From: Nostoc sp.
Lineage (GTDB): Bacteria > Cyanobacteriota > Cyanobacteriia > Cyanobacteriales > Nostocaceae
Direction: 5' to 3'
Assembly (NCBI GenBank): GCA_036918135.1
Contig: JBALDB010000028.1
Location: forward strand, 64,001-128,000
Length of the DNA stretch: 64,000 bases
Part shown: positions 50,745-60,580 of the stretch, piece after piece
How the letters are laid out: each line of letters starts with the position of its first letter
Numbering within the stretch: the stretch's first letter is position 1
Program-made: the position numbers and the translations under genes
The notes under the pieces: generated by a model
The model's input: only the letters and a program-made list of their open reading frames with translations
What the model was told of the DNA's origin: nothing
The model's database searches: none

Positions 50745-51893
50745 TTAGCTTACTGCCTGTAGCTGTAAATTTTTTACTTGATTAAATAACCCCTGTTCTA
50801 AAAAAAGTTCATGAATAAAAGTATCTATTTTCTCTTCATCGATATTCTGCATAACTACAATGTGTGCCCAATTTTCAAAGCTTGCTAACTGCCACTTTTT
50901 AATTAATCTTTGAGAAGGTTTTTGAAGTACTACAGTATTAGAGAAATTATTGAGCATACATGGATATTCTCGGAATTGAAGTTGTTGAAAAAGATATTGA
51001 GCATTCCGAATACAGGTCTTTGCTTCTCTGGCTAACCCATTATAACCTCTACTTTGCAGTGCATACCAGAGAATCAAAGGAGTATGACCGTTTCTAGAGC
51101 CGAGAATAGTTGTATCTTTGGAACCAATATATTCAATCATTGTTTCCACTCTTTCTACCCATTTTTTCTTAGTTAAGACTACACCACAAGGTAATGGAGA
51201 ACCGATAAATTTAGCAGAAATAGCTATACTATCTATTGGTTTTTGAAAGTTCACTTGAGGAGCGCCATCTAAAAATGGTAAGACTAATCCTGAAAGTGCA
51301 GCATCACAATGAATGTAATAATTTTTAATCTGATGACGATCTAAAATTTCTATAACTTTGTCTAAATTATCGATCGCACCCTTAACAGTAGTGCCAATAT
51401 TTAAATTGATAATCACAGGATAATTCCGATTTTGGCTAATTACCTGTTCTAAATGATGATAACTTATTTCCCCATTAATTTGTGAATCTACAACCTGATG
51501 CTTGATCCGAAATAATTTAGCTGCTTTGGAAATTGAGTAATGAGAATCTTGTGATGAATATAGAATCCCATTCGGGTAAATTTCTCTTGCTAAAAAGATT
51601 CCATATAAATTACCTTCAGTTCCACCAGCAGTCACATAACCCCAAAATTTATTTTCTGGAATTTTATAAAGCTGGGCAAAAAAAGATAAGACTTCTTGTT
51701 CAAATTGACGGGAATGCAGACCAAAATCTGGCTCTACATAAGGATCTCCGGCATTATTTAGCAGAAAACTGAAAAATTTGACAATTTCACTGTAATCACA
51801 ACTTAAATTATATGGATAACCCGCATGAAAGTGCGATCGCTGTTCTATCTGCTGTAGAAAATTTTCCAACTTTTGAGCAACTCTATCTGACAT
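50745..51893 (-). CDS. Group II PLP-dependent decarboxylase (histidine/serine decarboxylase family)
   Basis: GYPYNL, GGTEGNL, SHYS, NIGTTVKGA, IHCDAA, ISAKFIG (PLP Lys), GSRNGH. Confidence 0.88.
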   Translation of the reverse strand: MSDRVAQKLENFLQQIEQRSHFHAGYPYNLSCDYSEIVKFFSFLLNNAGDPYVEPDFGLHSRQFEQEVLSFFAQLYKIPENKFWGYVTAGGTEGNLYGIFLAREIYPNGILYSSQDSHYSISKAAKLFRIKHQVVDSQINGEISYHHLEQVISQNRNYPVIINLNIGTTVKGAIDNLDKVIEILDRHQIKNYYIHCDAALSGLVLPFLDGAPQVNFQKPIDSIAISAKFIGSPLPCGVVLTKKKWVERVETMIEYIGSKDTTILGSRNGHTPLILWYALQSRGYNGLAREAKTCIRNAQYLFQQLQFREYPCMLNNFSNTVVLQKPSQRLIKKWQLASFENWAHIVVMQNIDEEKIDTFIHELFLEQGLFNQVKNLQLQAVS

Positions 51894-52853
51894 AATCTGT
51901 ATTTTTAGTTTTGATTTAAGGGAAGTTTTAGTCTAATTTTTAGATAGAAACCCCATTTCTTTAGTTTTTTTTTATATTAACTCTAGATTATTTTTCCTAA
52001 AAAAAATAATCAGTGCTATTACCTAAAAAGCTTTTTTAAAACTATATTATTTCTTTAAAATCTTGATTAAATGGATAAATTTGAAGATAAAATTTGTCCA
52101 AATCTTTGTAATACGTGAATATATGAAGATACTGTCAGTATTTAAAAAAAACTTCACTTCAAATCAACTCAGGATAATCACTGATGAAAAACTCTGTTTA
52201 TCTTTGCATCACAGCCTCTGTGTCAGGTAAAATGAGGATAATTACTTACGATCGAAATTTCTGCGTTTGAGAGCGCTAGAGAAAGACTTTTGGGAACTTC
52301 TGCTCTACTCCCCTGCGGCATCTCCCCGAACTCGCAGGGAGGTTGGAGGGGTCAAAATAATGTGCAGTTTCTCAGAGAGTCGGTATTAATTCATTGATAG
52401 AGATTAAAAAAACAGCTAGCCTTTTTTCAAGTTCCCGACTTCAGTCGTAGCGTAATAACTACGAATTACGAATTTTGGCTACTTCCTCATGGAGGAGACC
52501 CTGAGGCAGTGGCTCCTCTATACCTATCGCGCTTGTACTGCACTTCATGCACCACGCAGACAAGTTCAAAAATTAAAGCGCATTACTATCTATTGTGCTG
52601 TGTGAAAGAAATTGAAGAAAAACTGTATCAATTTGCATCTGGTTGAGATTTATGAATTTTAACTTACGTTAATAAAGAAATCTAACTGTAGACAGATGAA
52701 ATATGAAGCGTTACTGTGGTTAAGAATCTGGATTTTTGTGTTTAGTCTATATTCAAGTGTAAACGCTAGAGACAACGAGCGAATCATTTGATATTGCTCC
52801 TGAGTGTATTTTATCCCGTCCACAGTCAGCCTCAAGACATAGGTTTTTTACTC

Positions 52854-55091
52854 ATGCTCAACGTATCCACTCACAATTCTCAACAAAATCAGCAACTGAT
52901 TGACACTACTGACTGGAACGTTATTGAAACGGAATTCGATCCGACACAGTTGCATCACAAAGAAACTGTTTTTACCCTTGGTAATGGCTATTTAGGAGTG
53001 CGAGGTACTTTTGAGGAAGGGTATTCGCAGGATATTCCGGCCACACTCATTCATGGTGTTTATGATGATGTGACAATCGCTCATACTGAGCTTGTGAACT
53101 GTCCTAACTGGTTGCCATTGATAGTAAAAGTAGCAGGTGAACGCTTTAGCATAGATAGTGGTGAAATTCTCAACTACGAGCGGCAGCTTGATTTACGTTT
53201 GGGTTTAGTTAGCCGTGATGTGCGCTGGCGTAGTCCTAGTGGTCATACCTTAGATTTTCAGTTTCAGCGGTTCGCTAGTTTGGCAGATCAACATGTTTTA
53301 GCGATTCGTACTTCTGTGACATCGGTAGACTTTGAAGGTGAGATCGTCGTTGAAGCGGGGTTTGATCCCGAACCACATACCCAAGGCGTTAGACATTGGC
53401 GAACCCTAAATCAAGGGGGTATAGATCGAATCATCTGGCTAAATAGCCAAACTCTGCACTCAGGTATTCAACTGGGCATGGCGGCTAAGTTAGTGATAGA
53501 CGATCGGACTATACCCGTGCGCGTTGAAAATGCTTGCAGTTCTCCTACTTTGGCAACTAGCTTAGAGTTTTACCCAGGAAAAACGGTGACTGTGGAAAAG
53601 ATTGTCACTGTGTTTACTTCACGAGAGACAGAAGTCCCGATTGCCGCAGCGATAGAAAGGTTAGGTAACGAACCCAGGTACGCTACTTTGTTAGCCGCTC
53701 ACATTGCTGCATGGGAACAAGTGTGGCAAGACAGTGACATTATTATTGAAGGCGATCGCCAAGCTCAATTAAGTGTCCGTTATAATCTCTTTCAATTACT
53801 AGCCGTAACACCGCGTCACGATAACCGAGTGAGTATCCCTCCCAAAACCCTCTCCGGTTTTGCCTATCGCGGACACATCTTTTGGGATACAGAAATTTTC
53901 ATTATTCCCTTCCTCACCTTCACTCAACCAGCTCTAGCCCGGAACTTGCTCACCTACCGCTATCACACTTTACCAGGAGCTAGACGTAAAGCCCAAGAAG
54001 CAGGTTATCAAGGAGCGATGTTTGCTTGGGAAAGTGCTATGACTGGCGATGAAGTCACCCCGCGCTGGGTACCAACTCCTAACGGCGAATTAGTTCGTAT
54101 TTGGTGCGGTGACATCGAAGTCCATATCAGCGCAGATATCGCTTATGCAGTATTACACTATTGGCACACCACTAACGATGATGAATGGATGCGGGATTAC
54201 GGCGCCGAAATTATCCTAGATACGGCAGTTTTCTGGGAAAGTCGGGTGCAGTGGAACCAACAGCGCCACAACTATGACATCCTGGATGTGATTGGGCCTG
54301 ATGAAAATCACGATCGCGTTGATAATAATGCCTTCACCAATCTCATGGTACAGTGGCATTTACAATCAGCTTTAGCATTGTGGGACTGGCTCAAACAAGC
54401 CTACCCCGAAACCTCAGCCCAATTGGTGCAAAAACTCAACTTAACTACACAACGTCTGCACAGATGGGCAGAAATCCCAGAGCATCTATTTGTTAATCAA
54501 GATGCAAAAACAGGCTTAATTGAGCAGTTTGAAGGTTTTTTCCAGCTAGAAGAGATTAATTTTGCTGATTACGAACCGCGTAGCAAATCTCTGCAAGGTC
54601 TATTGGGAATTGAAGCCACAAGCCAAAAGCAGATTCTCAAGCAGCCAGATGTATTGATGCTTTTGTATTTGCTGCGGGAACGTTACGACCATAACACTCT
54701 GGCTACCAACTGGGATTATTACAGCCAGCGCACCGACCACACCTATGGTTCATCACTCGGCCCAGCCATTCACGCCATCTTAGCCTGCGATTTGAATCAA
54801 CCAACCGAAGCTTATACGCATTTTATGCGATCGGCCTTAGTAGACTTGGAAGATATCCGGCTCAATGCAGGTGAAGGAATTCACGCCGCCAGTGCTGGAG
54901 GAGTTTGGCAAGCAGTAGTCTTTGGATTTGCTGGTATCCGCATGACTCAATTTGGCCCTGTGGCTTGTCCCAATTTACCACCTAATTGGACGCGTCTGAA
55001 GTTTCGCCTGCAATGGCGTAACGAGTGGTATGACTTTGACTTAGGAGCCAAAACAGAAGTAGAAGTTCCAGTTTGGGAGATGAAAGCGTGA
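52854..55091 (+). CDS. GH65 kojibiose/maltose/trehalose phosphorylase family
   Basis: FTLGNGYLGVRG, YRGHIFWDTE, IGPDE, KQPDV, HTYGSSL; ATG 52854 preferred. Confidence 0.9.
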   Translation: MLNVSTHNSQQNQQLIDTTDWNVIETEFDPTQLHHKETVFTLGNGYLGVRGTFEEGYSQDIPATLIHGVYDDVTIAHTELVNCPNWLPLIVKVAGERFSIDSGEILNYERQLDLRLGLVSRDVRWRSPSGHTLDFQFQRFASLADQHVLAIRTSVTSVDFEGEIVVEAGFDPEPHTQGVRHWRTLNQGGIDRIIWLNSQTLHSGIQLGMAAKLVIDDRTIPVRVENACSSPTLATSLEFYPGKTVTVEKIVTVFTSRETEVPIAAAIERLGNEPRYATLLAAHIAAWEQVWQDSDIIIEGDRQAQLSVRYNLFQLLAVTPRHDNRVSIPPKTLSGFAYRGHIFWDTEIFIIPFLTFTQPALARNLLTYRYHTLPGARRKAQEAGYQGAMFAWESAMTGDEVTPRWVPTPNGELVRIWCGDIEVHISADIAYAVLHYWHTTNDDEWMRDYGAEIILDTAVFWESRVQWNQQRHNYDILDVIGPDENHDRVDNNAFTNLMVQWHLQSALALWDWLKQAYPETSAQLVQKLNLTTQRLHRWAEIPEHLFVNQDAKTGLIEQFEGFFQLEEINFADYEPRSKSLQGLLGIEATSQKQILKQPDVLMLLYLLRERYDHNTLATNWDYYSQRTDHTYGSSLGPAIHAILACDLNQPTEAYTHFMRSALVDLEDIRLNAGEGIHAASAGGVWQAVVFGFAGIRMTQFGPVACPNLPPNWTRLKFRLQWRNEWYDFDLGAKTEVEVPVWEMKA

Positions 55092-55440
55092 AAATTTGTT
55101 GATTTTTTTGGTGTTGCTGATTAGAGCTAGGAGTTTAGCGTTCTTCTCCTGTCGCAGAGGCTGTACGAATGCGGTTCGTTAAAATTATGTATTTCTTCAG
55201 CGCCAAGAGAGTAATCAACAAAGTTCAAAGACTCGTTGACGAGTATTTGAGGTGGATTCATCTATAGCGGCTATCACTTCGTTGCAATACAGTCGTAACC
55301 CCAAAAATGCAAAAGCTCCCCTCCCTGCTAGCAAGGAGGAGTTGGGGGTGGGGTTGAACGCTAAGTAAAATCAATGAACAATCAACAGTTACCAGTTATC
55401 AAGATTCATCTTATAACTGGTAACTGCTAACTGATAACTG

Positions 55441-55932
55441 TTAATAACGACCCCAGTTGCGATCGCGCTCATAGCGATAGCGATCGTTACGGATGTTGTA
55501 AAGGTTATTATCCCGATCGGGGCGGCGATAATTATCGCGCTCATAGCGACGGTTAACGTCACGAATGTTGCGATAGTTATTATCCTGATCGTGGCGGCGA
55601 TTACGATCGCGTTCATAACGGCGATAATTATCGCGTTCATAGCGGTAGTTACGATCGCGGTCATGGCGGCGATAATTATCGCGCTCATAGCGGTGCTTGC
55701 GCTCGCGCTCATAGCGGTCATGATTATCGCGAATGTTGCGAAAATCGCGATCGCGGTCATAATCATCACGTTTGTGGTGACGACTTTGAAGTTGATAGTT
55801 ACCATCATCGTTATGATGATAGCTGTAACTATCTAACTCAGCAAGATAAGACGCATCAGCTTTTGGAGAAATAGCCAAAGCTGAAGCAGACGCTATCAAG
55901 CCTGCCAGAAAAATAGAGGCAAAGCGGTTCAT
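55441..55932 (-). CDS. Secreted low-complexity Arg/Asp/Tyr repeat protein
   Basis: Signal peptide ending ADA; repeated RYERDNYRR / HDRDRNY units. Confidence 0.7.
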   Translation of the reverse strand: MNRFASIFLAGLIASASALAISPKADASYLAELDSYSYHHNDDGNYQLQSRHHKRDDYDRDRDFRNIRDNHDRYERERKHRYERDNYRRHDRDRNYRYERDNYRRYERDRNRRHDQDNNYRNIRDVNRRYERDNYRRPDRDNNLYNIRNDRYRYERDRNWGRY

Positions 55933-56353
55933 GATGTGAATCGATTGTTGATAGTAATTTATGCAAGTCCAGTCTGTTTACGAAGAGCAGATTCCACAAG
56001 TCTTTAGATTAATCCTAACAGTATTGAATCAAGAAGAAAAGTTTCCTTAGGTGCGATGATTGAAAAAATTTTTGTCATCTGTGATACTTTTTGATTTTGA
56101 TAATTCAGATTGATACGTAATATTGTTAGTTAAATCAACAAACTATAACTTAGGATTACTTGGGTAGATGTTGAGCGATCGCTTTTTTGCACTTCTGCTA
56201 CTTTTTGCAGTACTAGTGTTTTCAGCTTGGATAACAGTTCACCATGCCTATCTGCTGAAGATGATTGATTCAATATATCTAAAACTTCTTGAGCAATTTT
56301 GAGAGCTCGCTGTCGTCGCAGTTTTGACCAAAGTAATTTACATGTAAATATTC

Positions 56354-56407
56354 ATGAACAACCGTCTGCCAAATATCCACCCTGGCGAAATCCTACAACT
56401 AGAATGA
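56354..56407 (+). pseudogene. HigA antitoxin N-terminal remnant
   Basis: MNNRLPNIHPGEILQLE*; HPGEIL is the HigA N-terminal signature. Confidence 0.65.
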
Positions 56408-56477
56408 TTGGCTCTAATTTTGGGCTTGTAGCTACAGTCAACAAAAAAATTGTCGTCAAAGCACCAGCCTAGTTTTA

Positions 56478-56631
56478 CGTCCCTCAAGTACACCCTTCCC
56501 TACAGGACGCTGCGCGAACGGTGTCGCCTTCTCTTTCAGAGACGCTTGCGCGTAGCTTGCTTCCCCGTAGGGGTACGGCTACGCTTAGGGCAAGCTCAGG
56601 CCGAGAAGCTCTGCGGCCATCGTAGACATCG
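56478..56631. repeat. Nested SDR cluster
   Basis: Inverted copy of the GTACCCCTACGGGGAAG...CTACGCG..CGTCTC core plus other GC-rich units. Confidence 0.8.
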
Positions 56632-56687
56632 CATAACCTCAAGGGATGCTGGGAATAATAATTTTGGGACATTTATACCAAAATTCT

Positions 56688-57539
56688 ATGAAACAGCAAA
56701 AAAATCAATTTAGCCATCTTACTGCGATCGAAAGAAGTTATCTATCATTTCCGGCACAGTTTTTATTAAATCAAAACCTTCTCCAAGGCAAAATACTAGA
56801 CTTTGGTTGTGGCTTTGGTAATGATGTGAAAATATTACGCCAAAAAGGTTGTGATATTACAGGCTACGATCCTTATTATTTTCCAGAATATCCTCATAAT
56901 AAATTTGATACAATAATTTGCTTTTATGTTTTAAATGTTTTATTTCCTGAAGAACAAGCTAATACTATCATGCAAGTATCACACTTATTAAAAGCCGGAG
57001 GAAAAGCTTATTACGCTGTAAGAAGAGATATTAAAAAAGAAGGATTTCGCCAACATTATATTTATCAAAAGCCTACTTATCAATGTATTGTAAAACTTCC
57101 TTTTGATTCACTTTATTTAGATGAACATCGGGAGGTTTATAAATATATTCACTATAATCATCAGCAAAATTCCTCTAATCATTGTATATTTTGTAATCCC
57201 CGGAGAAATCTCAAGCTGTTAACCGAATCAGCAACCGCTTACGCTATACTTGATGGCTATCCTATAAGTCAAGGACATGTTTTAGTTATTCCTAAACGTC
57301 ATGTTAGCAATTATTTTGAACTGCCATTTAAAGAACAATCTGCTTGTTGGTTTATGATAAATAAGGTACAAGAGATTCTGAAAGCTGAATTTGAACCCGA
57401 TGGTTTTAATGTAGGAATGAACATCAATCGAGAAGCAGGCCAAAATATTATGCACGTCAGTATTCATATCATTCCTCGTTACAAAGGTGATACTGTTTCT
57501 CTCAAAAGTGGAATCAGAAACGTTATTCCTAAAAAGTAG
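56688..57539 (+). CDS. Bifunctional class I SAM methyltransferase / HIT family protein
   Basis: ILDFGCGFGND, GYDPYY, YVLNVL; CIFC, GHVLVIPKRH, GFNVGMN...AGQ..MHVSIHIIPRY; ATG 56688 preferred. Confidence 0.85.
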   Translation: MKQQKNQFSHLTAIERSYLSFPAQFLLNQNLLQGKILDFGCGFGNDVKILRQKGCDITGYDPYYFPEYPHNKFDTIICFYVLNVLFPEEQANTIMQVSHLLKAGGKAYYAVRRDIKKEGFRQHYIYQKPTYQCIVKLPFDSLYLDEHREVYKYIHYNHQQNSSNHCIFCNPRRNLKLLTESATAYAILDGYPISQGHVLVIPKRHVSNYFELPFKEQSACWFMINKVQEILKAEFEPDGFNVGMNINREAGQNIMHVSIHIIPRYKGDTVSLKSGIRNVIPKK

Positions 57540-57655
57540 TAGTTTTTCTTTGCTGATAGCTTTAGTTTTAGTAGTAAAACTAGACTTTTGACAACTACGT
57601 AAATCTCAAAAAGCTGATTTTTCGGTTTTGTTGAAAATCTTACCAAATATTTTAG

Positions 57656-58438
57656 TTAACCGAGATTATCTGGATCTATTCCCAGCGCTCTTAATTGTTC
57701 CGCCAACTGTTGAATACGTTGTTCTGCAACTTGAATACGTTGTTCTGCAACTTGAGCGCGTTGTGCTTCTTGCTGGGCACGTTGTGCTTCTTGCTGGGCG
57801 CGTTGTGCTTGTTGTTGGGCGCGTTGTGCTTCTTGTTTAATTTGTTCTGCTGGTGTGAGATACCGTTTTCCAGCCTCATCATACCAATACATCCATTCCC
57901 GTGTTACGCCGGAATAATTTCCCCGTTCGCAACCAATTCCTAAACCAATTTCTGGTAGCCAAACCGGGTTTCCATTCTGCAATTCATACTTACTATTAAC
58001 TAACTTATGCACTTCCAATCGTGGTTTGCGGCGACGACGAGGCGAATAAATCACGTAGTAAAGTACATCCAAAGCTGCATATTCATCCAATTTAGCGCTG
58101 TATTCTTTGCGATAATTTTGGGAAACTACTTCTAGTACTAAAATTGGTACAACGTTTTCATCCCAAAGCACATAACTGGGACGCAGCTCCTCATCATAAA
58201 ATCGCTCTACTCCTAAGCTCAAAAACCCATCTGGAACAATGGCCGGGAGATCTGGGTGATAATAAATAGCCATATCTATCCCAAAGAACCAGTCCATGCG
58301 CTCTGCCCAGAGTATCAGCAATATCGCCTTCAGCAAGCCTGGTATCAATTCTTGCAGTTCATTATCCACAGGGGTTTCATCAGAGTCGGGTAGTTCCTCG
58401 GCTGAGGGCAAGTACCTTGGCAAGTTGTACTCTAACAT
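57656..58438 (-). CDS. Uma2 family endonuclease with C-terminal coiled-coil heptad repeats
   Basis: ELPDSDETPVDNELQ, VPDGF, LEVVS; tail (EAQRAQQ)n...LRALGIDP. Confidence 0.88.
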   Translation of the reverse strand: MLEYNLPRYLPSAEELPDSDETPVDNELQELIPGLLKAILLILWAERMDWFFGIDMAIYYHPDLPAIVPDGFLSLGVERFYDEELRPSYVLWDENVVPILVLEVVSQNYRKEYSAKLDEYAALDVLYYVIYSPRRRRKPRLEVHKLVNSKYELQNGNPVWLPEIGLGIGCERGNYSGVTREWMYWYDEAGKRYLTPAEQIKQEAQRAQQQAQRAQQEAQRAQQEAQRAQVAEQRIQVAEQRIQQLAEQLRALGIDPDNLG

Positions 58439-58930
58439 GGTTGGTTTTCCCAAAACTCAAATGATACTTGGTTTTTTGGCTCACCAGAATTATAGCGATT
58501 TCGAGTGGCAGAGGTGTTCTAACAAATTTACCAGAGCGATCGCACAAGCTAAAAGCTTTACAACCTCTGCCTAACTCCAACAAGTAAACAAAAAGTTTCG
58601 ACTAGTTGAGGTAACCAAGCAGGCATATTCCGCAAACTTGCTGAAACTGAGAAAATTTTTGGTAACTTTTAACTATTAATAAATATATCGAGTTTGATGC
58701 TATTCATGCTTTATATTTAGCGAGAGGGTAGTGCAAATACTCACTCATCTTCAAATACTAGGAGGCAGTACACATCACCACAAGCAACTCACGTTCTGAT
58801 ATCATCGGTACGCAGTGTAACTCAAGGTTAAGTTGATATTAAAACGGATAATTTTTGCTGAATTGCGACAGATAAAGACTAAACTAAAAAGTCTTGTGCA
58901 GCAAAACCTGTAGCTTTAAATAAAGTAATC

Positions 58931-60511
58931 ATGTCTAAGGTTCTTGTATCTGATACTATTGACCAAGCTGGAATTGACATTCTTTCTCAAGTTGCTACTG
59001 TTGATGTCAAAACAGGTCTCAAACCAGCGGAACTAATAGAAATTATTGGTGAGTATGACGCGCTGATGATTCGCTCTGGTACGCGCGTCACCCAAGAAAT
59101 TATTGAAGCCGGCACCCAGCTCAAAATTATCGGTCGTGCTGGTGTGGGTGTAGATAATGTAGATGTTCCTGCCGCCACACGCCGAGGAATTGTAGTAGTC
59201 AATTCTCCAGAGGGAAACACCATCGCTGCTGCTGAACATGCTCTAGCGATGATTTTGGCTTTGTCTCGTCACATCCCCGATGCTAACGCTTCGGTGAAAC
59301 GCGGTGCATGGGATCGCAATAGCTTTATCGGTGCAGAAGTCTACAAAAAAACTCTCGGTATTGTTGGTTTAGGTAAAATTGGCTCCCATGTAGCTGCTGT
59401 GGCTAAGGCAATGGGAATGAAACTCCTAGCTTATGACCCCTTTATCTCCACAGAACGAGCCGAACAAATTGGCTGTCAGTTAGTAGATCTGGATTTACTC
59501 TTCCAGCAAGCAGATTATATTACCTTACACATCCCTAAAACCCCAGAAACCACCCACTTAATCAATGCCACAACCTTGGCAAAGATGAAACCCACAGCCC
59601 GGATTGTCAATTGCGCTCGTGGTGGCATCATTGAGGAAACAGCTTTAGCAGCAGCAATCAAAGCTGGTAAAATCGCAGGTGCAGCCTTGGATGTGTTCGA
59701 GTCAGAACCATTGGGAGAATCGGAATTGCGATCGCTAGGCAAGGAAGTCATCCTCACCCCACACTTGGGTGCATCCACCACGGAAGCACAAGTAAATGTA
59801 GCCATTGATGTCGCCGAACAAATTCGGGATGTGCTTTTGGGACTACCAGCGCGTTCTGCCGTTAACATTCCCGGACTCGGGCCCGATGTATTGGAAGAAC
59901 TCAAACCATACATGCAACTAGCAGAAACTCTAGGTAATCTAGTCGGACAGCTAGCTGGCGGACGAGTGGAAGTCCTGAATGTGCGGCTCCAAGGCGAACT
60001 CGCGACCAACAAAAGTCAGCCTTTGGTGGTAGCTGCTCTCAAAGGATTACTTTACCAAGCTTTGCGGGAACGCGTAAATTATGTAAATGCCAGCATTGAA
60101 GCCAAAGAACGCGGAATTCGAGTGATTGAAACCCGCGATGCTTCCATTAGAGACTATGCCGGTACGCTGCATTTAGAAGCCACGGGTACTTTAGGTACTC
60201 ATTCTGTCACAGGTGCTTTGTTGGGTGAGCGAGAAATCCACCTCACCGACGTTGACGGTTTCCCGATTAACGTTCCACCCAGCAAATATATGGTATTTAC
60301 CCTACACCGCGATATGCCAGGGATTATCGGTAAACTCGGTTCGCTACTCGGTAGTTTCAATGTGAATATTGCCAGTATGCAAGTCGGTCGTAAAATCGTT
60401 CGTGGTGATGCAGTCATGGCTTTGAGCATAGATGACCCTTTACCTGAGGGTATTTTAGATGAGATTATTAAAGTTCCTGGTATTCGGGACGCGTATACAG
60501 TAACTCTATAA
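58931..60511 (+). CDS. serA: D-3-phosphoglycerate dehydrogenase
   Basis: GRAGVGVDNVD, GLGKIG, TPHLGAST, C-terminal ACT domain. Confidence 0.95.
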   Translation: MSKVLVSDTIDQAGIDILSQVATVDVKTGLKPAELIEIIGEYDALMIRSGTRVTQEIIEAGTQLKIIGRAGVGVDNVDVPAATRRGIVVVNSPEGNTIAAAEHALAMILALSRHIPDANASVKRGAWDRNSFIGAEVYKKTLGIVGLGKIGSHVAAVAKAMGMKLLAYDPFISTERAEQIGCQLVDLDLLFQQADYITLHIPKTPETTHLINATTLAKMKPTARIVNCARGGIIEETALAAAIKAGKIAGAALDVFESEPLGESELRSLGKEVILTPHLGASTTEAQVNVAIDVAEQIRDVLLGLPARSAVNIPGLGPDVLEELKPYMQLAETLGNLVGQLAGGRVEVLNVRLQGELATNKSQPLVVAALKGLLYQALRERVNYVNASIEAKERGIRVIETRDASIRDYAGTLHLEATGTLGTHSVTGALLGEREIHLTDVDGFPINVPPSKYMVFTLHRDMPGIIGKLGSLLGSFNVNIASMQVGRKIVRGDAVMALSIDDPLPEGILDEIIKVPGIRDAYTVTL

Positions 60512-60575
60512 AGGCAAAAGTAAAAAGGCAAAAGTAAAGAGAAATCCTTTTTCTTTTGCCTTTTACCTTTTTACT
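60511..60575. repeat. STRR-type inverted heptamer repeats (possible hairpin)
   Basis: AAGGCAAAAGTAAAAAGGCAAAAG ... CTTTTGCCTTTTACCTTTTTAC. Confidence 0.6.
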
Positions 60576-60580
60576 TTTTT

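Noticed and set aside
55389..55836. Alternative-frame ORFs 55389..55808 and 55591..55836
   Set aside because: By-products of the repetitive DNA; only 55441..55932 has a signal peptide and plausible composition
57709..57836. 21-bp repeats as an independent element
   Set aside because: They encode the ordinary coiled-coil tail of cyanobacterial Uma2 proteins
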